Shown piece by piece: positions 1 through 8,148 of a stretch of DNA of 64,000 nucleotides. This DNA comes from Bifidobacteriaceae bacterium (lineage in GTDB: Bacteria; Actinomycetota; Actinomycetes; Actinomycetales; WQXJ01). The notes under the pieces are model-generated. The model was not told the origin of the DNA and ran no database searches. It saw only the letters and a list, made by a program, of their open reading frames with translations. Position numbers and translations under genes: made by a program. The stretch lies in contig JAISXH010000041.1 in assembly GCA_031270825.1 (NCBI GenBank), forward strand, positions 4,514 through 68,513, read 5' to 3'. Within the stretch, counting starts at the first letter, position 1, and every line of letters begins with the position of its first letter.

Positions 1-2137
1 ACTGCGATTGGTAAAGACGCCAATAGGCGCCCTTGGCGGCCAGCAGCTCGTCGTGGTCGCCCTTCTCCACAACGGAGCCATGCTCCATCACCACGATCAC
101 GTCCGCGTCCCGGATGGTGGAGAGCCGGTGGGCGATCACGAATGAGGTGCGGCCACGCCGGAGCTTGTTCATCGCCTCCTGGACCAGGACTTCCGTGCGA
201 GTGTCGACCGAGGACGTGGCCTCGTCCAGAATCAGGATGGGCGGGTCGGCCAAGAAGGCCCTGGCGATGGTCAGCAACTGACGTTCGCCGGCGGAGACAT
301 TGGAGGCCTCGTCCTCGATCACGGTCTGGTAGCCGTCCGGCAGGGCGTGCACAAACCGATCCACGTAGGCGGCTTTGGCCGCCGCGAGCACTTCTTCTTC
401 GCCCGCGTCGAGGCGACCGTAACGGATGTTGTCGTAGATGGTGCCCGAGAACAGCCACGCATCCTGCAAGACCATTCCCATCAGCGACCGCAGGCGTTCT
501 CTGGTCAGATCGCGGATGTCGACGCCGTCCAAGGTGATCGAGCCGCCCTGGATCTCGTAGAACCGTTCCAGCAGATTCACCAGCGTGGTCTTGCCGGCGC
601 CGGTCGGACCGACGATCGCCACCGTCTGGCCTGGCTTCGCCCACAGCCGCAGCCCTTCGATCAGCGGTTGGTCCGGATCGTAGGAGAACTCGACGGCGTT
701 GAAGTCGACCCGTCCGGCGAACTGGGCCAAGCGCTCAGGCGAGGCGGGATCGGGACTGAGCTCTTCGGCATCGAGCAACTCGAAAACTCGCTCGATCGAG
801 GCGACGCCGGACTGCAACAGGTTCATCATCGAGGCGATCTGGCCGATCGGCTGGCTGAATTGGCGCGAATACTGGATGAAGGCCTGGACATCGCCCAGCG
901 ACATGCTGCCGGAGGCGACCCTGAGGCCGCCCAGCACGGCGATGACCACGTACATCAAGTTCGAGACGAAGCCCATGACCGGCTGGATGGTCATCGAAAT
1001 GGCCTGCGCTTTGAAAGAAGCCTCGTACAGCTCGCGGTTGCGGTCGCGCAGCTCCGCCTCCGCCTGAGCGCTGTGGCCGAACAACTTGACCACCGCGTGC
1101 CCGGTGTACATCTCCTCGATGTGGGTGTTCAACTCGCCGGTCGAAGCCCACTGTTTGACGAACTGGGGCTGGGCCCGCTTGGCGATCACGGCCGTGATCA
1201 CTCCCGCCACCGGGATCGAGACCAGGGCGATCAGCGTCAGCCAAAACGAGATCGTGAACATCATGACCAGGATGCCGATCAGGTTGAAGACGGCGAACAA
1301 CAACTGAGTCATAGTCTGCTGCAGGGTCTGGCCAACGTTGTCGATGTCGTTCGTGACTCGGGACAGCACCTCGCCCTTGGGCTGGTTGTCGAAGTACTTC
1401 AACGGCAGGCGGCCGAGCTTGGCCTCGACGTCGCGGCGCAGCCGGTACATCGAGTTCTGGATGATCTGGGCGGTCAGAATGCCCTGGACATAGCCGAGCA
1501 GGGCCGAGCCCAAGTAGATCACGATCACGCCGATCAGGATCATGCCCAGGGCGTGGAAGTCGACGCCGACCCCGGCGGTGAAATCCATCGCCCCGAGCAT
1601 GTCGACCAGGTTCTGGTTGAGCTTGGGGCCGCCTTCCGGCGCTTGGCGGCTGTATTGCTCCAGCAGCTTCATGACGTCGGCTTTGGGCATGGTCTCGCCC
1701 GGGCCGAGCACTCCCGCGGCGACCAGCTGCCGGCCGACCATTTTGCCGATGAAGCCTTCGAAGACCCGGTTGGTGGCTTGGCCCAGAATCTTTGGCCCCA
1801 CCACTCCCATCGCCACGGAGATGATCGTCAACACCATCGCCCAGATGATCTTGAACCGCTCTGGTCTCAGCAAATGCAGGGAGCGCAGGCCGGATTCTTT
1901 GAAATGAAGGGCTTTCGCGCCCGGCATGGACATCCCGCCGAGAGGGCCGGGCGGTCGCGAGCCCCGCTGCGGCGGCCGCGCTGGCGCCTGGCCTTGGCGG
2001 CGCTTGGCGCCAGCCCTCTTGGCGCCGGCCGTCGCGCCAACCGATCCGGGACCCCCGCCCCTGATCCGGCTTTCCTGCTGGCTTTCCTGCTGGCTTTCCT
2101 CCCGGTCTTCCCGCCGGTGTTCCTCCCGGCCGCTCAC
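1..2137 (-). CDS. ABC exporter, fused permease/ATP-binding subunit (3' end runs off the window)
   Basis: Hand translation of the minus strand gives NVSAGERQLLTIARAFLADPPILILDEATSSVDTRTE...VIAHRLSTI (signature, Walker B, H-loop). The GTG at 2137 overlaps the stop of the upstream partner (GTGA). It is absent from the ORF track because there is no stop inside the window. Confidence 0.85.
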   Translation of the reverse strand, partial: MSGREEHRREDREESQQESQQESRIRGGGPGSVGATAGAKRAGAKRRQGQAPARPPQRGSRPPGPLGGMSMPGAKALHFKESGLRSLHLLRPERFKIIWAMVLTIISVAMGVVGPKILGQATNRVFEGFIGKMVGRQLVAAGVLGPGETMPKADVMKLLEQYSRQAPEGGPKLNQNLVDMLGAMDFTAGVGVDFHALGMILIGVIVIYLGSALLGYVQGILTAQIIQNSMYRLRRDVEAKLGRLPLKYFDNQPKGEVLSRVTNDIDNVGQTLQQTMTQLLFAVFNLIGILVMMFTISFWLTLIALVSIPVAGVITAVIAKRAQPQFVKQWASTGELNTHIEEMYTGHAVVKLFGHSAQAEAELRDRNRELYEASFKAQAISMTIQPVMGFVSNLMYVVIAVLGGLRVASGSMSLGDVQAFIQYSRQFSQPIGQIASMMNLLQSGVASIERVFELLDAEELSPDPASPERLAQFAGRVDFNAVEFSYDPDQPLIEGLRLWAKPGQTVAIVGPTGAGKTTLVNLLERFYEIQGGSITLDGVDIRDLTRERLRSLMGMVLQDAWLFSGTIYDNIRYGRLDAGEEEVLAAAKAAYVDRFVHALPDGYQTVIEDEASNVSAGERQLLTIARAFLADPPILILDEATSSVDTRTEVLVQEAMNKLRRGRTSFVIAHRLSTIRDADVIVVMEHGSVVEKGDHDELLAAKGAYWRLYQSQ
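2068..2103 (-). repeat. 12-bp tandem repeat (about 2.8 copies, ggctttcctgct) in frame in the N-terminus of the ABC exporter (EESQQESQQES)
   Basis: Read directly: ggctttcctgct ggctttcctgct ggctttcctccc. Confidence 0.8.
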
Positions 2138-3867
2138 GACGCCTCCGCCAACGTCATCTGCGACTCCACGATCTCCCGGTACGTCGGGCAGGTCTCCAGC
2201 AGGTCACGGTGTTGCCCGATGCCGACCACCCGGCCCGCGTCCAAAACCAGGATTTGGTCCGCCGCCATGATCGTCCCGACCCGCTGAGCCACCAGCACCA
2301 CCGTGGCCTGGCTGGTGATCGGGCCGAGCGCGGCGCGCAGACGCGCGTCGGTGGCGAAGTCAAGAGCCGAGAAGGCGTCATCGAACACGTAAACCAGCGG
2401 CCGCCGGATGACCGCCCGGGCGATCGACAGCCGTTGGCGTTGGCCCCCGGACAGGTTGCCGCCGCCTTGGACGATCTCCATCTCAAGGCCCTCGGGCGAT
2501 TCGCGCACGAACTCGGCCGCTTGGGCTATCTCCAGCGCCTCCCACATCTGTTCATCGCTGGCCCCGGGACGCCCGTACTCCAGATTGGTCCGGACGGTCC
2601 CAGAGAAAAGGTAGGCCTGCTGAGGCACAAAACCGATCGATCCCCACAGCGTCTCCAGGTCCAGCTCCTTGACGTCCACCCCTCCGACTTCGACCCGTCC
2701 CGAGGTCGCGTCGAACAGGCGCGGGATCAGGTTGACCAGGCTGGTCTTGCCGGCGCCGGTCGAACCGATGATGGCGGTGACCTGGCCGGGCCCGGCCTCG
2801 AAAGAGATGTTGTTGAGGACTGGCGCCTCGGCGCCTTCGAACTGAAAAGAGGCCGCCTGCATCTTCAGGTGGCCCGGCTTGGCGAACTGCCGCACCGGCC
2901 GGGCCGGCTGGGCGACTGCGGCCCGGGTCCGCAGCACCTCCTGGATCCGCTCGGCGCAGGCTTGCGCCCGGGGCACGAAGAAGAACATCATCGAGGCCAT
3001 CATCACGCTCATCAGAATCAGCATCAGGTAGGTGATGAAGGCGGTCAGGCCGCCCACCTCCATGGCGCCCGATTCGACCCGGTGGCCGCCGAACCAGATC
3101 ACCGCCACCGAGGTCAGGTTCATCAGCAGCATGACGAAGGGGAACATCAGCGCGAAGGTGTAGCCGACTGACATCTGCAGCTTGGTCAAGTGTTTGTTGA
3201 CGCCGTCGAAGCGTTCCTCCTCATAGGGCTGACGCACGAACGCCCTGATCACCCGCGCGCCGTCGATCTGCTCCCGGAGCACCTGGTTGACCGAGTCGAT
3301 GGCCTTCTGCATACCCCGGAAGAGCGGGTTCACACGCTTGAGCACCACCGCCAAGAAGCCGATCACGACCGGCAGGATGACCAGGATCAGCGCCGACAAG
3401 GCGGCGTCGTGCCGCAAAGCCATGGCGCCGCCCCCAATCATCGTCAGGGGCGCCGAAATCAGGAACACCAAGGTCATCAGCACCAACATCTGCACCTGCT
3501 GGACGTCATTGGTGGTTCTAGTTATGAGCGAGGGCGGCCCGAAGCGGGCCAACTCGCGGGCGGAGAAGCCCATCACGCGGTCGAACAGCGCCTGGCGCAG
3601 ATCCCGGCCCAGGCGCATGGCCGTGCGGGCGCCCAGGTAGACCGCCACGATCACGGCCACGACCTGGGCGAAGGAGACCGCCAGCATCCACCCGCCGGTC
3701 TGGACAATGTAATCGGTGTCGCCCTGCGACACCCCGTTGTCGATGATGTCGGCGTTGAGCAGCGGCAAGTAGAGGTTCGACCCGGCCTGCATCGCCTGCA
3801 ACACAAGCACCACCACGATGGCGCCTCGGTACGGTTTCAGGTATTGGCGCAACAAATTAGTGAGCAT
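2134..3867 (-). CDS. ABC exporter, fused permease/ATP-binding subunit
   Basis: 577-aa ORF with an N-terminal 6-TM-like region, Walker A GSTGAGKTS, signature LSGGQRQR and Walker B VYVFDDAFSALD. Confidence 0.9.
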   Translation of the reverse strand: MLTNLLRQYLKPYRGAIVVVLVLQAMQAGSNLYLPLLNADIIDNGVSQGDTDYIVQTGGWMLAVSFAQVVAVIVAVYLGARTAMRLGRDLRQALFDRVMGFSARELARFGPPSLITRTTNDVQQVQMLVLMTLVFLISAPLTMIGGGAMALRHDAALSALILVILPVVIGFLAVVLKRVNPLFRGMQKAIDSVNQVLREQIDGARVIRAFVRQPYEEERFDGVNKHLTKLQMSVGYTFALMFPFVMLLMNLTSVAVIWFGGHRVESGAMEVGGLTAFITYLMLILMSVMMASMMFFFVPRAQACAERIQEVLRTRAAVAQPARPVRQFAKPGHLKMQAASFQFEGAEAPVLNNISFEAGPGQVTAIIGSTGAGKTSLVNLIPRLFDATSGRVEVGGVDVKELDLETLWGSIGFVPQQAYLFSGTVRTNLEYGRPGASDEQMWEALEIAQAAEFVRESPEGLEMEIVQGGGNLSGGQRQRLSIARAVIRRPLVYVFDDAFSALDFATDARLRAALGPITSQATVVLVAQRVGTIMAADQILVLDAGRVVGIGQHRDLLETCPTYREIVESQMTLAEAS

Positions 3868-4060
3868 GAATCTCCTGGGGCTTGACGTTCTTCGGCAGGA
3901 TCGGGTGGCCTGCGCAGTTGACGATGCCGTGTGACACTACCACGCCGGCCCGACGTCCGAAGCGCCCGGCGACCCGGCCCGGCGACGGCCGTCCCGCGCC
4001 GGTCCGGCAGGTCGCCTCCGCTATCCCCCGGCGACCCAAGAAGGGCCTGGTCGGGAAGCC

Positions 4061-5251
4061 CTATCGCCAGTCTTGGTAGGGGCCTTCTGTGCCCTCGCCC
4101 GGCGCCGGCCGGGGCGGGATGATCGGCTGATCCAGCGGATCCGCCTCGCTCGGCGCCAAGCCCGCCTCGTAGACGGGATCGAACGGCACGCCCGTCCCGG
4201 TGCCGGCCCGACTCGCGTCCGAGGTCGCGTCATCGGCCGCGCCCTGAGCGCGCCGCAGGGCCTCGGCCGGATCCTCCAGGGCGATGTCTTGGAAGGCCAG
4301 CTTGGCCAGAGCCCGACTGGCGGCTGTGGGCGCGCGCGGGCTGTCGCCGTCGCCGCCGGGCACGAACGCCTTGCCCATTCCGGCCAGGGCGTCGGTGAAC
4401 TCGGCCGGGATGATCCAAAGCTTCGAGCTGGCCCCTTGGGCCAATTGGGGCAGCATCTGGAGGTACTGATAGGCCAGCAGTTTCGGATCCGCGTCGCCCT
4501 GGTGGATGGCGTCGAAGACCTGCAAGATCGCTCGCGAATCGCCCTGCGCCTTCAGGATCGAGGCCTGGGCCTGGCCCTCGGCGGTCAAAATGGCGGCCTG
4601 CTTCTCGCCTTCCGCTTTGAGGATCTGCGACTGTTTGATGCCTTCGGCGGTCAGAATGGCGGCCCGCCGGTCTCGCTCCGCCCGCATCTGCTTTTCCATC
4701 GAGTCCTGCACCGATCCGGGCGGGTCGATCGCCTTGAGTTCGACCCGTTGAACTCGGATGCCCCAACGGCCGGTGGCCTCGTCCAGGACGCCGCGCAGCT
4801 GGCCGTTGATCTGGTCGCGGCTGGTCAGCGTCTGCTCCAGGTCCATCGAGCCGATCACGTTACGCAGGGTCGTCACCGTCAACTGCTCGATGCCGGTGAT
4901 GTAGTTGGCGATTTCATACACGGCCGCGACCGGGTTGGTGACCTGGAAATAGATCACCGTGTCGATCGACACCACCAGGTTGTCCGAGGTGATGACCGGC
5001 TGCGGCGGGAAAGAGACGACCTGTTCGCGCAGGTCGACCATCGCCCGGACCCGGTCGACGAAGGGCACCAACAAGCGCAACCCCGCATCCATAGTCCGTT
5101 GGTAGCGCCCCAGTCGCTCGACCAGCCAAGCCTGGGTCTGCGGCACAATCCGGATGGCCTTCTTCAGCACCACCAGGACGAAGATGACGACAACCGCGGC
5201 AAAGACGATCAACACGGCCGTGCTGGCGTCGAGCCCATTCTCATAGTCCAT
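4061..5251 (-). CDS. SPFH/band-7 (stomatin-like) membrane protein
   Basis: N-terminal TM followed by IVPQTQAWLVERLGRYQRTMDAGLRLLVPFVDRV, typical of the SPFH domain, then a coiled Ala/Gln/Glu-rich region. ATG at 5251 (MDYENG) chosen over the longer track ORF. Confidence 0.85.
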   Translation of the reverse strand: MDYENGLDASTAVLIVFAAVVVIFVLVVLKKAIRIVPQTQAWLVERLGRYQRTMDAGLRLLVPFVDRVRAMVDLREQVVSFPPQPVITSDNLVVSIDTVIYFQVTNPVAAVYEIANYITGIEQLTVTTLRNVIGSMDLEQTLTSRDQINGQLRGVLDEATGRWGIRVQRVELKAIDPPGSVQDSMEKQMRAERDRRAAILTAEGIKQSQILKAEGEKQAAILTAEGQAQASILKAQGDSRAILQVFDAIHQGDADPKLLAYQYLQMLPQLAQGASSKLWIIPAEFTDALAGMGKAFVPGGDGDSPRAPTAASRALAKLAFQDIALEDPAEALRRAQGAADDATSDASRAGTGTGVPFDPVYEAGLAPSEADPLDQPIIPPRPAPGEGTEGPYQDWR

Positions 5252-5705
5252 AATCCAACCTCTCCTCGTCGGCGCGCGCCACCACCGCGGTGGCTCCGTC
5301 AATCGCCGTGACAGTCAACTCGGCGCCGGGCGGCGCCAATCCTTCGCCATCGAGACGGGCCGTCCAAACGTCCCCGCCGATCTTGACCCGGCCGCCGTGC
5401 TCGTCGATCGCGGTGATGGCCTCGGCCGGCTTGCCCACCAAGGCGGCGGCGCCGCTGACCGGCCGGCCATCGGCCTTGACTTTGAGGAAGCGCAGCAGCA
5501 GTGGACGAACCGTCGCCAGCATCACCACCGACACCACGGCGAAGACAATGATCGTCACCCACCACGGCGCGTGCAGCCAGGCGGCGCCCGAGGCCGCCAG
5601 GGCGCCGACCGCCAGCATCAAGAAGGTGAAATCCACCGTCATCATCTCGACCACGCCCAACACCAGGGCGCCGATCAGCCACCACAGCCACAACCACTCC
5701 GCCAT
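5241..5705 (-). CDS. NfeD-family membrane protein
   Basis: MAEWLWLWWLIG... has 3 TM helices then a C-terminal OB-like GRVKIGGDVWTAR. ATG at 5705. Overlaps the SPFH start by 11 nt, the classic NfeD-SPFH pairing. Confidence 0.75.
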   Translation of the reverse strand: MAEWLWLWWLIGALVLGVVEMMTVDFTFLMLAVGALAASGAAWLHAPWWVTIIVFAVVSVVMLATVRPLLLRFLKVKADGRPVSGAAALVGKPAEAITAIDEHGGRVKIGGDVWTARLDGEGLAPPGAELTVTAIDGATAVVARADEERLDYGL

Positions 5706-5836
5706 TTGCTCCGGCCTTCCGTTCGACACTGCAGACGCCCGGTCAACCCGGTAACGCCCCAACTGGACCCTTCGCCCAACACCGGCGAACCCCGCACCTG
5801 ATGGGGCCCCTGCGGTGGCGGCGGACATCGCCGTCC

Positions 5837-5854
5837 GGCCCTGCCGACAGGGCC
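5837..5854 (-). terminator. GC hairpin (7-bp stem GGCCCTG/CAGGGCC, 4-nt loop) downstream of the ABC ATPase stop
   Basis: Read directly. No U-tract, which is common in high-GC actinobacteria. Confidence 0.3.
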
Positions 5855-5907
5855 AGAGCAGGCCTTGACCAGCATGCTCCCAGACACCATCCACCGCACT
5901 GACTAGG

Positions 5908-6717
5908 CTACCGGCTCGCGGCCCGGCTCGCGGCCTGGCCCACCGCCCCCCACCGGCCCCCGGCGGCGGTGACAAGCAGCGGCAGGCCGAAAGTCTGCGA
6001 AAGATTGGCGTCGGTCAAGGTTCGGTCCAGTTCGCCGCTGGCGGCGAACCGGCCATCGGCGACCAGGGCGGCATGGGTGAAACCGGGCGGGATCTCCTCG
6101 AGGTGATGGGTCACCAGCACCATCACCGGCGAGCGCGGATCGCCAGCCAGTTCCGCCAGGGCCGCGACCAGGTCCTCGCGCCCGCCCAAGTCGAGCCCGG
6201 CCGACGGCTCGTCCAACAGCAGGACTTCTGGATCGGCCATCAACGCCCGGGCGATCTGGACTCGCTTGCGCTCGCCCTCGGACAAAGTCCCAAAAGCCCG
6301 CTCCGCCAGAGCGATCACACCGAAGGCGGCCATCAGGTCCCGGGCACGCGCTTCGTCGCCAGCCTCATAGGCCTCCCGCCACCGGCCGGTGACGCCGTAC
6401 GCGCCGGTGACCACGGCATCGGACACCTTCTCGCCCAAGGGAATGCGCCCGGCCAAGGCGGCCGAGGCGAAACCGACCCGCGAACGCAACTCGAAAACAT
6501 CCACCCGGCCCAACCGCGCGCCCAAAATCCAGGCCCGGCCGCTGGTCGGGAACAACCGGGTGGCGGCGATCTGGAGCAAGGTGGTCTTGCCGGCGCCGTT
6601 CGGCCCCAGCATCACCCAATGCTGGCCCTCGCAGACCGACCAGTCGATTCCGTCCAGGATGGTCTTGGGCCCCCGGGTCAGGCGCACTTCCTCGAAGCGC
6701 AAGACCTCAGGGCTCAC
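5908..6717 (-). CDS. ABC transporter ATP-binding protein with no adjacent permease
   Basis: Walker A GPNGAGKTT, signature LSEGERKR, Walker B LLLDEPSAGLD. The GTG start overlaps the glgA stop (GTGA). Confidence 0.85.
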   Translation of the reverse strand: MSPEVLRFEEVRLTRGPKTILDGIDWSVCEGQHWVMLGPNGAGKTTLLQIAATRLFPTSGRAWILGARLGRVDVFELRSRVGFASAALAGRIPLGEKVSDAVVTGAYGVTGRWREAYEAGDEARARDLMAAFGVIALAERAFGTLSEGERKRVQIARALMADPEVLLLDEPSAGLDLGGREDLVAALAELAGDPRSPVMVLVTHHLEEIPPGFTHAALVADGRFAASGELDRTLTDANLSQTFGLPLLVTAAGGRWGAVGQAASRAASR

Positions 6718-7925
6718 CGCTCCAACACTTTCCGGTAGAACTCGACCGTCCTGGCGCCAATGGCCTGCCAGGAGAAATGGTCTTCGGCGCGCCTACGCGC
6801 GGCCTGGCCAAAAGCCCGCAGGCGGGCAGGATCAGACAGGGCCCGGTTCAGGGTCTCGGCCATATCGGCGATGAACCGGTCCGGGTTGATCGGCGTGCCG
6901 GTGCCGTCATCGACCTGCTCGATCGGCACCAGCCAACCGGTCACGCCATCCTCGACCACTTCTGGGATTCCGCCTGTGGCCGTCGCCACCACCGGGACCG
7001 CGCAGGCCATGGCCTCCAGGTTGACAATGCCGAGGGGCTCGTAGATCGACGGGCAGGCGAACAGCGAGGCGTGCGACAAGATCGCGTCCAGGTCGCTTTG
7101 AGGCAGCATCTCCTCGATCCAGACCACGCCTTGACGCTCGCGGGCGAGCTGGTCGACCAGGTCGCGGACCTCGGCGGCGATCTGGGGGGTGTCGGGGGCG
7201 CCCGCCGCCAGCACGATCTGCACCCCCGGCTCGAGGCGGCGGACCGCCCGCAGGAAGTAGGGCAGCCCCTTTTGGCGAGTTATCCGCCCGACGAACGCCA
7301 CCGTCGGGACCTCGGGGTCGATGCCGTGCCGCCGCACCGCCTGGGCCGCCTCCACGCCGCGCTGTGGCCGCCATTTGTCCAGGTCGATCCCGTTGTGGAT
7401 GACTTCGACCCGGTCCGGGTCGACAAATGGATAGGCCTTGAGGATGTCGCGCCGCATGCCGGCGCTGACGGCGATCACAGCGGCGGCGCCCTCATAGGCG
7501 GTCCGCTCGGCCCACGAGGACAGGGCGTAGCCCCCGCCTAGCTGTTCGGCCTTCCAGGGCCGCAGCGGCTCCAGCGAATGCGCCGAGAGCACATGCGGAA
7601 CGCCATGCAGCAGCCCGCCCAAGTGTCCGCCCAAGTTGGCATACCAGGTGTGCGAATGGACCAAGTCGGCCCCGGCGGCGCCGCCGGCCATCTTCAAGTC
7701 GACGTCGAAAGTGGCCAGCGCCGGATTCGGATACAGCCCGGCCGGCGGCCCGGCGTAACCGGTGACGCCCGGTTCGTCCCTGGGGCCATCGAAGGCGAGC
7801 ACCCGGACATCGGCCAGCTTTCTCAACACCTTGGCGAGTTCCGCCACATGGACGCCAGCGCCGCCATAGACATGGGGCGGGTACTCGCGTGTCAACAGGT
7901 CCACTCGCAGCCTTGATTCGACCAT
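6714..7925 (-). CDS. glgA: glycogen synthase, actinobacterial (Corynebacterium-type) GT4
   Basis: N-terminus [17 protein letters not shown] and C-terminal GT-B EX7E-like region ([17 protein letters not shown]), 403 aa. Confidence 0.8.
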   Translation of the reverse strand: MVESRLRVDLLTREYPPHVYGGAGVHVAELAKVLRKLADVRVLAFDGPRDEPGVTGYAGPPAGLYPNPALATFDVDLKMAGGAAGADLVHSHTWYANLGGHLGGLLHGVPHVLSAHSLEPLRPWKAEQLGGGYALSSWAERTAYEGAAAVIAVSAGMRRDILKAYPFVDPDRVEVIHNGIDLDKWRPQRGVEAAQAVRRHGIDPEVPTVAFVGRITRQKGLPYFLRAVRRLEPGVQIVLAAGAPDTPQIAAEVRDLVDQLARERQGVVWIEEMLPQSDLDAILSHASLFACPSIYEPLGIVNLEAMACAVPVVATATGGIPEVVEDGVTGWLVPIEQVDDGTGTPINPDRFIADMAETLNRALSDPARLRAFGQAARRRAEDHFSWQAIGARTVEFYRKVLER

Positions 7926-8010
7926 GTGTCCAGGCTATCTCCCCGCCAGCGCCACCACGCCAAGGCCCGCCCGGCGCGCGGCGCCAAGAGCACGGGCGAT
8001 ACCGAGGGCA

Positions 8011-8099
8011 GATCGAAGTTCGACGGTTTGCCCGCCGACCCCGACGGGTTCGACGTTCCGCGGCCCGATCCCGCCGGGCGAGTTCGACGGCTCACATCC
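8011..8099 (-). repeat. three phased direct repeats with core CGTCGAAC (minus-strand reading) upstream of glgA
   Basis: The plus strand carries gttcgacg at 8018-8025, 8048-8055 and 8082-8089. The minus strand reads GGGATGTGAGCCGTCGAACTCGCC / GCGGAACGTCGAACCCGTC / GGCAAACCGTCGAACTTCGATC. Confidence 0.7.
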
Positions 8100-8148
8100 C
8101 GCCGGGCCCGCGCGGGCCTGTGGACTGCGCCGACCGGTCATCTTGAGG

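Noticed and set aside
347-2287. 646-aa plus-strand ORF
   Set aside because: It is antisense to the ABC exporter, whose Walker/signature motifs read clearly on the minus strand, and its composition is low-complexity Arg/Asp/His-rich.
3881-3923. Two TTGACG elements about 36 nt apart upstream of the ABC exporter as further copies of the CGTCGAAC motif
   Set aside because: They lack the central G (CGTCAAC/CGTCAAG versus CGTCGAAC) and share no flanks, so the similarity is too weak to claim.
5706-5975. N-terminal 90-codon extension of the NfeD ORF
   Set aside because: It is low-complexity and overlaps the upstream ABC ATPase 3' end. MAEWLW... at 5705 begins the TM domain.
8045-8061. tRNA-like T-arm (GGTTCGA)
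   Set aside because: No acceptor, D or anticodon stems can be drawn around it; it is part of the direct-repeat core.
8011-8099. Actinobacterial LexA/SOS boxes (TCGAAC-N4-GTTCGA), or a degenerate CRISPR array, as an explanation for the TCGAAC-containing repeats
   Set aside because: Only half-sites are present, with no inverted GTTCGA partner 4 nt away. There are just three degenerate units with gaps of 10-20 nt and no cas genes, so this is not a CRISPR array.
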